A stretch of DNA of 26,874 bases from a virus (taxonomy: Duplodnaviria; Caudoviricetes), in the IMG/VR virus record IMGVR_UViG_3300037424_001944, positions 1 through 26,874 of that record. One strand, written 5' to 3'. This document shows positions 1 through 8,996 of this stretch, in pieces. A model generated the notes under the pieces. It did not search any database. It was not told the DNA's origin and worked only from the letters and a program-made list of their open reading frames with translations. A program made the translations under genes and the position numbers. The stretch's first letter is position 1, and the number at the start of each line of letters is the position of its first letter.

Positions 1-208
1 TGCGCCGCAGTTGACCGGAGCGGAAGGAACGGAAGCGCAAAAAGCCGATGCCTGCGGCCTTCGCTTTCCGTGCGCTGGCGGGCCGTAGGCCGCGCACGCG
101 CTTGGCTGTTTTATAGATCTGCGAGCCCTTATGGCGAGCTTGGATGTTTACCCCGCCTGCCATCACTGCGGGGCAGGTGGGATCGCCCGCGCTTTATGCG
201 CGGTTCTG

Positions 209-390
209 GCTGAGCGCGCCCTCGCGCGCGAAGGATCTGAGTGCGAGCGGCCACGCGAGTGCGAACTAATTGGGGGTCTGGGGTGGCTGTGCCCCCCAGC
301 GGGGTGCAGGGGCGGAGCCCTTGTGGGCTTTCGCTGAGCGCGCCCTCGCGCGCGAAGGATCTGAGTGCGAGCGGCCACGCGAGTGCGAAC
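209..390 (+). repeat. Structured A-B-A repeat element, copy 1
   Basis: Identical 58-bp direct repeats at 209-266 and 333-390 flank unit B (attgggggtctggggtggctgtgccccccagcggggtgcagggg, 269-312). Related copies at 14099-14253 and 26086-26141. Confidence 0.9.
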
Positions 391-654
391 ATTTGACGGC
401 TTCCTCTGTCCGCGTAGGACCCGGGAAGCCCATGCGGGCTCTTGCCCGCGTTCATGGGCTGGCTTTCGTTTGGAAACGGGAAGGGTTTCGGGGCCGGATG
501 TGGGGATTGCGGCGTAGCCGCTATTATGAGAAAGGCGCGTACTCGCGCCGACTGAGCCGACTTGTCCGCCTGAGCACGTTGTAATATTTATGATTTTTAT
601 ATATAATATTAGGGACTCTCCGGATGCCTTCGTTTCACGTGACCTGATGCAGCC

Positions 655-692
655 AAAAGAGAACCCCGCTCGATGCCTGTCGAGCGGGGTTC
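655..692 (-). terminator. Rho-independent terminator of the late operon
   Basis: Perfect 13-bp stem (661-673/680-692) followed on the minus strand by TCTTTT, downstream of the last structural gene. Confidence 0.75.
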
Positions 693-698
693 GTTATT

Positions 699-745
699 AT
701 CCCGCACTTAAGGTGCGGGATTATCCCGCACTCAAGGCGCGGGAT
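699..745. repeat. Tandem pair of 23-bp palindromes
   Basis: atcccgcacttaaggtgcgggat (699-721) and atcccgcactcaaggcgcgggat (723-745), period 24. Confidence 0.8.
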
Positions 746-817
746 TATAGGTGACTCTCCGGTTGGTGTAACAACTCGTGATGTCCGTGCGCTGCGGGCG
801 GGTGCATGTCCCGCTTC

Positions 818-3800
818 TCACTGGGTAAGGGGAATGTCGAGCTCCAATACGCAACGGATAATAGTTGCGCTTGTGCCCGTCGCGTTGTTCACGATCCGCA
901 TGGTGATTGCGTCGCCTGCGGCCAGTGCAGCGGAATTGACTAGGTCCGAGAATTGCGCCGCTGCTGCTCCTGCCGGGACCGTGATCGTGATCGCGGTTGC
1001 GGTCGATGTGTTCTTCATGATCGTGAAGACCAGCGAACCGCTGGCGGGCTGGGCGGAATTGGTGTTGATGTACAGGTTTTTGATCGTGCAGGCTACCGGT
1101 ATGGTGATGTTATAGGCCGCTGTCTGCAAGCCGGATACCACATCCTCGAAGCCTAAGAAGCGTGTTGACGATGCTGGCACGCCTGCGTTTGCGCCGTGCG
1201 TGAATGAGAGTTGGATGCTCTTCCTCGTCTCTGTGGGTGTGAGAAATATTCCAAGCTCAACCCGGCTGTCGGTGTCGCCTTCGAAATAGAGCGTTACAGT
1301 TGGGGTTGTGCCCGATCCGTTGGGGGAAGCAAAGACTTTAATCAAGAAGCGGTCGGTTGCGGCGAACTCCGTGTCGGCGATAGCCAGGTCGAAATCATAA
1401 GGCGTGTTCGAGCCAGTCAGATTGCCTGTTACTTCCGATGTAGCAAGTAAAGTTTCTGTGCCTCCGCTGGTGCGGTGGTAGGCTTTCACGTAGGCGGTCG
1501 CATCCTTGACGCCTGCGGTCTTGGCTAAATGGATGTGGCAATGTAGCTCCTGGGCGCTGATGAAATCGAACTCGCCCGCCGTGTGTATGAATTCTTCGAT
1601 GACCGTATCGGCGGCGCTGATGCTGGCCGAGGCGCTGGTCTCCGCGCCTGTGGGCCGCGTGTGGCTGAGGGTCTCGTAGCCGCCGATGTCGCTGTTTGTG
1701 GAGCTGAGGAACATCGAGACGGTGGTTGGGAGTGGGTGGAATAATCCATCCCCGCCGAGATATTGGGTGCCGTCTCCGGGGAATGCTTCGAACAGGTCAT
1801 CTACTGCATTGGCGAGTGTTTGCAGATTGTTGATCGTCTCGTCGAGTAGCCCATTGAAATCACTGGTAACCAGTGGGGTGTATGCGGCCACTCGTTCGAT
1901 GGTGGACGGCAGCGCGCCGCCTTCGGTGTTGGTTAGCCATTGGGTGTCGGTAATGGTCATGCGCCAGGGTAGCCTTGACTGTTTCAAATCAAGTTCTTCA
2001 GTGACGTCGGCGCATAGTAATTTGTAAGTGGCGTCGGTGGGCAGCAGGTTGACCGTGATGTGGTCAGAAGATTGGTATTTGAGATTGACGAGGAATGGGG
2101 CGAACACAGGCGCGCGCGCTTGTGAATATTTGGTTGGCTCCGTTGCTGTGGATGGCATGAAGCCAAGATTGTGCACGGAGTTGAGAAACGCGTCCGCGTT
2201 CTCCGAGCGCCATATTTGCCCGTTGGGGCCTGTGCCTGCAATGAATGTTCCGTTGGTAAGCGCGATTGCTGCGCGGATGTCGGTCTCTGTGCCTAGATTG
2301 GTGATGAGCGTCCAGGTTAGCCCGGCATCCGTGGACTGGAATAATTTTGCATTGTCGAAGGTTTCGGCGATGATGAAGCCATAGCCGAAGGTGTCGAAGT
2401 GAAAAACGGATAGTTCTGCATCAAGCTGCCCGATAAGAGACCAGGTCAGCCCGGAGTCGGTAGAGCGGAATACTTTGCCGCCGCCAGCGGTCCCGGCCAG
2501 CACGATGCCATTGCCCAGGTAGATCAGGCTGAGTACTTTGGTTTCCGTGCCCAATTGTTGGACGAGGACCCACGTTTGGCCGTAGTCGGTGGAGCGGTAG
2601 ATATTGGCATTGGCTTCCACTCCGGCCAGCACGACTCCGCCGCCCAGGTCGGCGAATGTCCAGATCCAGGTTTCAGTAAGCTGTGTGTAGGTAGAGAAAT
2701 CTAGGCCGTAGTCGGTGGAGCGGTAAATACGGCCGTTTTTGGTTCCTGCCAGGACAATCCCATTGTCTAAGTTGACTAGGCAAAGGAAGCCGTAGAGGGT
2801 GCTGGGAAGGGTATATGTCACGGTCCAGGTAGCCCCGTAGTTGGTGGAGCGGTAAATCCTTCCGCCGCGCCCGCCTGCGCCAGCCCCATAGTCTCCGGCC
2901 AGGACGATGCCGCTTCCGAGATTGAGAAGCGCGAAAACCTGGAAGCTGATGGTTTCGGACAGAACAAGTTCCCAGGTGAGGCCGTAGTCGGTGGAGCGGT
3001 AAATTTCTCCATCGGTGCTGAGGTTGCCAGCGGTCCCGGCTAGTACGATTCCGCTGCCCAGGTCGGCAAACGACAGGACATAGTTCGCGCTGCCTAATTG
3101 CTGGATCAGTTTGAAGCTGGTTTCTGTGCGGTGAACGGTTCCGTTTTCGTCGCGCCAGAGATACTGGCGGCGGTGCTGGTGGTGGTAGTTGACGTCGAAG
3201 CCGTAGGCGTCGATGTCGTATTGGGGGTCTGCGACGTTCTGCCAGGCGGCATAGAACAAAATTTCGTTGTCTCCATTGTCGGTTGCAAAAATGAAATGTT
3301 TTTGTCGCAATAAGGTGAAAAATCGTTGTGCATTGTTGAGGGTGAGTATGTGTCCATCGGGCAGGAACTGGTAGGCGAGCCAGTCGGCGGTGTCGTCTAG
3401 GAAGATGGCTGTTTTGCCGAAGTATGTGCAAAAGGCTTCGATCACTTCCTGGTAGGTGAGCGCGCCGTCGGCGGTGTAGTAGGTTTGTGGGAATAGGTTG
3501 CAGGTGAAGGTTTGAAAGTTGCCGTCCCAAAAGGCGTCGGTGATGAAATAATCGGATGTGTCGAGAGTGTATTGCTGGCCTCCTATGGTCACCCCGCGCG
3601 AGAATTGGAGTCTGACCAGGAAATAATTGATGTCGATGAAGGTAGATGATTGGAGCGTGATTGTGAGCGACAATCTGTTGAGTTTGTAGTCGGTGACCGC
3701 CCCGCCGCCAGATGGCGGAGTGCTGGCTTCGAAGAGTGTTGTCCCGTTGGCGGCGTCTATGATCTTTGCATTGAAGTAAGGTGCATAATTGCCGGACTCG

Positions 3801-3835
3801 AGGGCAGCTTGTAGGGTGGCGGCCAGGGTGTACAT
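818..3835 (-). CDS. Large virion spike / receptor-binding protein with BNR (Asp-box) beta-propeller
   Basis: 1005 aa. About 7 repeats of LGxGIVLAG...(Y/F)RSTDxGxTW, a Thr/Ala/Ser-rich beta C-terminus, and last position in the structural operon. Confidence 0.75.
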   Translation of the reverse strand: MYTLAATLQAALESGNYAPYFNAKIIDAANGTTLFEASTPPSGGGAVTDYKLNRLSLTITLQSSTFIDINYFLVRLQFSRGVTIGGQQYTLDTSDYFITDAFWDGNFQTFTCNLFPQTYYTADGALTYQEVIEAFCTYFGKTAIFLDDTADWLAYQFLPDGHILTLNNAQRFFTLLRQKHFIFATDNGDNEILFYAAWQNVADPQYDIDAYGFDVNYHHQHRRQYLWRDENGTVHRTETSFKLIQQLGSANYVLSFADLGSGIVLAGTAGNLSTDGEIYRSTDYGLTWELVLSETISFQVFALLNLGSGIVLAGDYGAGAGGRGGRIYRSTNYGATWTVTYTLPSTLYGFLCLVNLDNGIVLAGTKNGRIYRSTDYGLDFSTYTQLTETWIWTFADLGGGVVLAGVEANANIYRSTDYGQTWVLVQQLGTETKVLSLIYLGNGIVLAGTAGGGKVFRSTDSGLTWSLIGQLDAELSVFHFDTFGYGFIIAETFDNAKLFQSTDAGLTWTLITNLGTETDIRAAIALTNGTFIAGTGPNGQIWRSENADAFLNSVHNLGFMPSTATEPTKYSQARAPVFAPFLVNLKYQSSDHITVNLLPTDATYKLLCADVTEELDLKQSRLPWRMTITDTQWLTNTEGGALPSTIERVAAYTPLVTSDFNGLLDETINNLQTLANAVDDLFEAFPGDGTQYLGGDGLFHPLPTTVSMFLSSTNSDIGGYETLSHTRPTGAETSASASISAADTVIEEFIHTAGEFDFISAQELHCHIHLAKTAGVKDATAYVKAYHRTSGGTETLLATSEVTGNLTGSNTPYDFDLAIADTEFAATDRFLIKVFASPNGSGTTPTVTLYFEGDTDSRVELGIFLTPTETRKSIQLSFTHGANAGVPASSTRFLGFEDVVSGLQTAAYNITIPVACTIKNLYINTNSAQPASGSLVFTIMKNTSTATAITITVPAGAAAAQFSDLVNSAALAAGDAITMRIVNNATGTSATIIRCVLELDIPLTQ

Positions 3836-3839
3836 AGAC

Positions 3840-4523
3840 TCATAAATCTTTCAAACTGCGCGCCTGGGAACTGGACGTAAGCGCGATGTCATTGTTGAGC
3901 CAGGATGTTTTACGGGTCTCGCTCCTGGGCTCGGGCCGGTTTTCGTAGCGGGAAATGCCGAAATTGAAGGCGTCGCGGTAACGTTTGGCCGCGCGTTCGT
4001 AGGAGGCGATGATCACATTGGCCTGGTTGAGGTTGATCGCTTCGATGGGTTTGAGCAGCCGGATGTTGATGGCATATCCGCAGGCCCCGTCTACAAGGAT
4101 CTGGTCCTGATCCGCGTTCATCGTGCTCTCGACTTCGGAGTCCAGCCCGTTCACGGTATGCCCCTGGGTGTAGCGGATGAGCAGGTTGCCGCTCTGTTCG
4201 GCATCCCTGAGCCGTATCCAGACGCGGTTGTCTTCGAAGATCTTGTCATATTCGAGCGGCTCGTCATCTTCGCCCAGGTCGTCGTTCTTCAGCACGTCCA
4301 GGACGTCCAGGACTATGGTCGGGAAGGACCCGCCCGTCAGTTCGTAGGCCAGTAGGCCGCTGGTCACCTCCACGATCTCGCCCATATTGATTGGCGCGCG
4401 TTGGTTGAAATCGCGCAGGGCCTGGCGGACTGCCGCTGTAACGGTTGCAGTTGTGAATAAGGTGCCGTCGTCGAGGAGTTGGGCCTGGACGCGGGTAATG
4501 AGCGTGGTCAGGGAGTCGGACAT
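3840..4523 (-). CDS. Putative head-tail adaptor / head completion protein
   Basis: 227 aa. N-terminal helix LTTLITRVQAQLLD, beta middle and helical C-terminus as seen in phage adaptors; lies after the capsid genes. Confidence 0.55.
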   Translation of the reverse strand: MSDSLTTLITRVQAQLLDDGTLFTTATVTAAVRQALRDFNQRAPINMGEIVEVTSGLLAYELTGGSFPTIVLDVLDVLKNDDLGEDDEPLEYDKIFEDNRVWIRLRDAEQSGNLLIRYTQGHTVNGLDSEVESTMNADQDQILVDGACGYAINIRLLKPIEAINLNQANVIIASYERAAKRYRDAFNFGISRYENRPEPRSETRKTSWLNNDIALTSSSQARSLKDL

Positions 4524-4696
4524 ATGATCACATCGCTGTTTCTGGTGGTGCTGGCCAGCATCGCCGTTTTAGGCGATGTCTGCCGGCGCCCATCGCTTTT
4601 ATTGACGGTAGGATCCGGAATCGGTGGGGCAGGGCGTGGGAGTCGCCCTGCCTTTACCGATAGGGGCACGGCGCGGGAAGGGGCGCGCCGGTGCTT

Positions 4697-4912
4697 TTAC
4701 TTTCTTGGCGTTAAGCTAAAGGCGCGTGGGAAAAGCTTGTGCAGGCCGCGCCGGATGGGCTGGCCGATGATCTCTACGCCTAGTTTGACCAGGACATAAA
4801 TGATCAGGACAAAGAACACATCTTGAGAAAGGGGGAAGTCGGGCAGAAACAACTTGATCAGCCCGTAGACTGCACCCATGAGCAGAGCGAGTAAAGCGTA
4901 ATCGAGTTTCAT
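4697..4912 (-). CDS. Small two-TM membrane protein (holin-like)
   Basis: 71 aa, two hydrophobic segments, basic C-terminus, AAGGAG RBS, ATGA overlap with the upstream gene. Confidence 0.65.
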   Translation of the reverse strand: MKLDYALLALLMGAVYGLIKLFLPDFPLSQDVFFVLIIYVLVKLGVEIIGQPIRRGLHKLFPRAFSLTPRK

Positions 4913-5211
4913 TTGGACTCCTTAGGTTTGGATCTGCCACCGCTGCTTTTGGCAGTGGGAGCTGGTGCGCTTTGGTGGTTGATTGGTGTTGGCTTGGGCG
5001 TGTCCATCTGTGCCAGTGGGTCGGGCTTGGCTTTCATGTCTGGTGCGCCTTTGACGAGTGGGAAGATCATCTTGCGCCCATCCAGAAGGATCACAACGAG
5101 CTCTTGAGTCTCCTTTCGGATGCCTGCATCCCAGACGCCCAGTTTGTAGCCTTTGAGCGGTTTTACTTTGGCGATGGCCTGCTCGGCCATGGATAGAAGT
5201 TTTTTATCCAT
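4909..5211 (-). CDS. Hypothetical protein (100 aa, MDKKLLS..., Pro/Lys-rich tail)
   Basis: Start re-placed at the ATG just after the stop of 5214..5720; fits operon packing. Confidence 0.65.
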   Translation of the reverse strand: MDKKLLSMAEQAIAKVKPLKGYKLGVWDAGIRKETQELVVILLDGRKMIFPLVKGAPDMKAKPDPLAQMDTPKPTPINHQSAPAPTAKSSGGRSKPKESK

Positions 5212-5213
5212 GC

Positions 5214-5720
5214 CTACACCGCCAAGTCGTAGTTGGCTACTGCGCCCAGGAACTCCAGATCGGTGGTCAGGGCACACACGCAGGATAATTCGAGCAAGAA
5301 ATACTCGTCATTGTCGATAAAAACCGGCGTGGTGAGGGTGACGGTCAACTTGTGTTGGTCTACATCGGCGGCGTCTGTGGCTGCGGCCAGGTCTTGTGTG
5401 ATGGCTGGTTCGGTAACGACTGCGACGGCGGTATCGGCTCCTCGGGTGACCTTGCTGAGCGTGGCTGTGATGCTGGTGGCTGCTGCGGTCAATATTTCAT
5501 AATCCACCTCGATGGATTTGAGCTTTGCGCCTTGCAAGGCTACGCTGTTGGACGGGATCACGATCGGGATGTTGACAACCGATGTCTCGGCCCCGGCCGT
5601 CTTTACTTTGACGATGGTCCCGGCTACCTGCCCGGCAGCCAGCGCCCAGGTCCCGGTGACGCAATGAAAGAGCGTCGGCGGAATGTACTGGCTCATGTGG
5701 GTGTTGTGGGTGTATCCCAT
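5214..5720 (-). CDS. Beta-rich virion protein, paralog B (putative capsid decoration protein)
   Basis: 168 aa, clear paralog of 5728..6234, downstream of the major capsid gene. Confidence 0.65.
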   Translation of the reverse strand: MGYTHNTHMSQYIPPTLFHCVTGTWALAAGQVAGTIVKVKTAGAETSVVNIPIVIPSNSVALQGAKLKSIEVDYEILTAAATSITATLSKVTRGADTAVAVVTEPAITQDLAAATDAADVDQHKLTVTLTTPVFIDNDEYFLLELSCVCALTTDLEFLGAVANYDLAV

Positions 5721-5727
5721 GTCACAC

Positions 5728-6234
5728 CTACTGCCTGAGGGTGAAGTTAGCGACTGCGCCTAAGAACTTCGCTGTATTCCCGCCCGCGCCTGCAACGATG
5801 GACATTTCGAGCAAGCAATATACATCATTGTCGAGATAGAACGGGGTTGTGATGGTGATGGTCTGCTTGTGCTGGTCGACTGTCTTGGCGCCTGCGGCGG
5901 CAAGCGTGTCCGTCTTGGTGACGGCTGCCACAACTGCGACGGCGCCGTCTGCGCCGCGCGTGACTTTATTCAGGGTCCAGGTGATGGAAGTTGGCTCGGC
6001 GACTTTGAGCTCATAATCCACCTCGATGGATTTGAGCAGGGCGCCTTGCTGGTTCACGCTGTTGGATGGAATCGGGATGGGGATGGTCACGACGGAGGTC
6101 TCATTTGCAGCAGCGCGATTGATTGCGATGGTCCCGGCCACGTCTCCGGCGACGTGTGTAAATGTGCCTGTCACGAACGACCAGGTAGTCGGGGGGATGT
6201 ACTGGCTCATGTGGGTATTGTGTGTGAATCCCAT
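5728..6234 (-). CDS. Beta-rich virion protein, paralog A (putative capsid decoration protein)
   Basis: 168 aa, AAGGAG RBS. Shares THNTHMSQYIPPT, IPSNSV..QGA.LKSIEVDYE, KVTRGAD, VDQHK and FLGAVAN with 5214..5720. Confidence 0.65.
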   Translation of the reverse strand: MGFTHNTHMSQYIPPTTWSFVTGTFTHVAGDVAGTIAINRAAANETSVVTIPIPIPSNSVNQQGALLKSIEVDYELKVAEPTSITWTLNKVTRGADGAVAVVAAVTKTDTLAAAGAKTVDQHKQTITITTPFYLDNDVYCLLEMSIVAGAGGNTAKFLGAVANFTLRQ

Positions 6235-6298
6235 GGCTTGGTCTCCTTATAGGGAATTCAGAAGGAACCCAGCCGCCCGCGGCGGCTGGGGAATTTCT

Positions 6299-6433
6299 TT
6301 ATTTAGGGACGATGAATAGTGCGATGGTCAGGCAGCAGAAGCCTGCTGGGGTCCAGTTGATTGGACCTGTAACGCGGAATGCGTCCAGGGCGAACAGGAT
6401 CGCCGCTGCGATAAATAGGATCAGGCTGATCAT
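6299..6433 (-). CDS. 44-aa hydrophobic peptide MISLILFIAAAILFALDAFRVTGPINWTPAGFCCLTIALFIVPK
   Basis: Translated by hand (below the ORF-track cutoff). ATG is 1 nt after the capsid stop; two hydrophobic segments. Confidence 0.55.
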   Translation of the reverse strand: MISLILFIAAAILFALDAFRVTGPINWTPAGFCCLTIALFIVPK

Positions 6434-6434
6434 C

Positions 6435-8654
6435 TTAGCCTGCGACGTTGGACTTATGCAGGCCGCGATAGTTGCTCACGCCTACGACCAGGAACTGCCG
6501 CACTTTCAAGCGGCTTTCGTCGTTCATGAACATGGCCGGATCGTTCTCCCGGCCAGCGATGAAGATCTGCGGCTTGACGCCGAAGATCTCGCCGAGCATG
6601 ACGCCCGGTACAAGTTTCGGGTCTGCGACTGCGGCGAAGTCCGTCGCGTCGGTGAATTCGGGCACGGTCAGGGGTTTGACTTTGCCCATGTAGGTGCGCC
6701 CGCCTGAGGTGGGGATGGCTTCGACATTGGCGGCCCAGCGTTCCAGGAATAAGCTATCGGCCTGGTCGGACAGGTCGATAGGCACCAGCGCGAAGCGCGG
6801 GCGCACGGCCTGTTTCTTCCCGGTGCCGAGGTAGCTGGTCCCGTCGATGCTGGCGGCCACGTGTAAGGGTTGGTTGTACATCGCCTTGGCGATGGCCTTC
6901 CAGGCGGTGTAATCTGTCCCCAGGGCGGTGGTCAATAAGTTGGCATGCCCGCCTGTGGTTGTGACGGCGGTCGAGTTGAAGAGCGCCCCGCCGTCTGCAA
7001 GGGTGGGACCTACTCCGCTTGTGGAAGTGAAGATCGCGGCCACTTGCTCTGAGATGTTGCGCATCCCGGCCAGCGCCAATTCGCGCGGGAAGGCTTTGAA
7101 GGCTTGTAGGTTGTCCCTGAGAATGGCCTCCAGGGTCAACGGAACATATCCGCCGTACTTGGTCCAGTCGGACGTCTCGACATTGTCGCCGATGGGCAGG
7201 ATGGTGTACTCTGCGCGTTCGGCTACGACCGGCAGGCTGCCGATCGTGCCGGTGATGACCCAATCGACCTGGTTTAGGTCGCTGAAATGTTCCTCGGTGA
7301 CGATCTCCTGCCACCAGCCGTAATCGGCCATAGCGAACTCGTCCCACGATTTGACCAGCTTCTTGTTCATCGAGTCCTTGACGATGCCGGGGAAGTTGGT
7401 GGTGGTGGCGAGCCCGGCCATGATCAGGTCGTAGTCGACGTTACCGGTAAACTCCCGGTCGCCGGTGAGCATAAGGTAAAGCTCTTTGATGCCGTTGAGC
7501 CGGTGTACTTTCAGGCTCTCGGTGCCGGGGTCGCGTTCTGCCCCGAACAGGTCGAAGGCTGCGGCGCGCACCTGGTCGTCACTGCTGAACATCTGCACGG
7601 CGCGTCCCGGGCCGGAGATTGCCAGCCGGTTGGAGATGGCGGCGATCTCCATCTTTGCGCCTTCGATGGCCGCGTGCAGTTCATTGGCCTGGAACTTGCG
7701 GCCTTTGAACTGCTTCTCGATCCGGGTGCGGGTCAGGTCTGGCAAGCGGGAATTGTTGAGCGCGGATTGCAGCAGGTTGTCACAGGTGGCAATCAGGATT
7801 TCTTCCGACTCCTGGTGCTGCGCTTCGAGCCGTGCGATGCGTTCGGTCTCGCCTAAGAGTGCGGCGGCGGCGTCGCGGTTGGCGCGGATGGCTGCGCCGA
7901 TTTCTTGGGCTTCTTGCAGGTCGTCGGGCTGGGTGTTGGACGCGCCCGCGCCCGTTTGGGTGGTGCTATCTTTCGGGTCCATGTGTACTCCTTTCAGTAC
8001 ATGAGTGGGTTTGGACGCGTCTAGCCCCGCGTGTTGTGGATCATCGGCGGTGTCGCCGTTGATTTCAGTTTTATGTGCTGCAAGTGCAGCGAGCAGTCCG
8101 GTCCCTTCGGAAGCGGGTACAACGACTGCGGCGGTGTGGCGGCCCGTGGGATTGACGAAGATGAGTTGCATGGCCGTTTGTTGGCCGTTCACTTCGTATT
8201 TCCGACCGGGCCAATGGCTACAATCCGGGCTGAAGAAGTCGTTCCGGCAAATGGAGCATTTGACCATGTCGAAGAACCAGGAGATGGAGAACCGGCTGAT
8301 CTTGCCCTCGGCAAAGGCGGTCATGGCTTCGCGCGTGGTCAGGCGCACGGTATGTTTGAATAGTGGGCCGTCGAGCCACGATCTTCGGATGGAGCCGAAG
8401 AAGGCGTCCAGGTTTTCGCTGTGGTCTTTGACAAATGGCTGCCCTGCGAAGCTGGCCGCGAAGTGGCTCCAATCTGCTTCGAACAGAAAGCCGTTCTTAT
8501 TAGGCCGGTCATGTTGGAAGACCGCCGCGTCGAATTCGATGGATTCCAGTTCGCCGCTTTCGATCTTGCGTAGGGTTTCAGCACGGTTAGGTAAGGCTAG
8601 TTCGGCGACAAAGGCCGGGCTGTACATGATAGGTAAGGCTGTTTTTTCGGGCAT
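6435..8654 (-). CDS. Fused prohead protease-scaffold-major capsid protein (Mu gpT-like HK97 fold)
   Basis: 739 aa. N-terminal protease-like region (FVKDHS...FSISW, CSIC..CSH), helical linker, and capsid region (TTTNFPGI..., KYGGYVPLTLEAILRD, LKVRQF..GVSNYRGLHKSN). Confidence 0.85.
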   Translation of the reverse strand: MPEKTALPIMYSPAFVAELALPNRAETLRKIESGELESIEFDAAVFQHDRPNKNGFLFEADWSHFAASFAGQPFVKDHSENLDAFFGSIRRSWLDGPLFKHTVRLTTREAMTAFAEGKISRFSISWFFDMVKCSICRNDFFSPDCSHWPGRKYEVNGQQTAMQLIFVNPTGRHTAAVVVPASEGTGLLAALAAHKTEINGDTADDPQHAGLDASKPTHVLKGVHMDPKDSTTQTGAGASNTQPDDLQEAQEIGAAIRANRDAAAALLGETERIARLEAQHQESEEILIATCDNLLQSALNNSRLPDLTRTRIEKQFKGRKFQANELHAAIEGAKMEIAAISNRLAISGPGRAVQMFSSDDQVRAAAFDLFGAERDPGTESLKVHRLNGIKELYLMLTGDREFTGNVDYDLIMAGLATTTNFPGIVKDSMNKKLVKSWDEFAMADYGWWQEIVTEEHFSDLNQVDWVITGTIGSLPVVAERAEYTILPIGDNVETSDWTKYGGYVPLTLEAILRDNLQAFKAFPRELALAGMRNISEQVAAIFTSTSGVGPTLADGGALFNSTAVTTTGGHANLLTTALGTDYTAWKAIAKAMYNQPLHVAASIDGTSYLGTGKKQAVRPRFALVPIDLSDQADSLFLERWAANVEAIPTSGGRTYMGKVKPLTVPEFTDATDFAAVADPKLVPGVMLGEIFGVKPQIFIAGRENDPAMFMNDESRLKVRQFLVVGVSNYRGLHKSNVAG

Positions 8655-8657
8655 GGG

Positions 8658-8996
8658 TTACTCCTGTGTTCCTGGGCCTTGCGGTTCGGTGGGAAGTGGG
8701 CTGCCTGGGTTGTATGGGAAGCCATAATCAGGTGGGGGTATGGGTGTGGAGCCTGTGCTTGGGAACTGGATCGCAAAGGGGTCGGGGCAGTCCAGGAAAC
8801 TGGCCTCGACCGGCTCGCCCGGTGCGGTTTCGGTTTGCATTTCTTTTGGCTTTGCCGGGAATGTAGTGTGTGTGGAGAATTCGTCCATGTAATCGGCGCA
8901 GCCGCGCGTCGCGCCGAGCGTGCGGAAGCCGATGTCCTCGATGAAGATCCGGCGCCTGGGAAACAGGGTCGGCCAGAACAGGGTTCCGCTAGGCAT
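8658..8996 (-). CDS. Hypothetical protein, Pro-rich C-terminus
   Basis: 112 aa, fills the operon gap and overlaps the upstream stop. Confidence 0.5.
   Translation of the reverse strand: MPSGTLFWPTLFPRRRIFIEDIGFRTLGATRGCADYMDEFSTHTTFPAKPKEMQTETAPGEPVEASFLDCPDPFAIQFPSTGSTPIPPPDYGFPYNPGSPLPTEPQGPGTQE

Noticed and set aside
209-390. CRISPR array
   Set aside because: Only two 58-bp repeats, the intervening sequence is itself repeated elsewhere, and no cas genes are present.
818-3835. Diversity-generating retroelement target
   Set aside because: No reverse transcriptase and no TR/VR pair differing at adenines were seen; the repeats are propeller blades.
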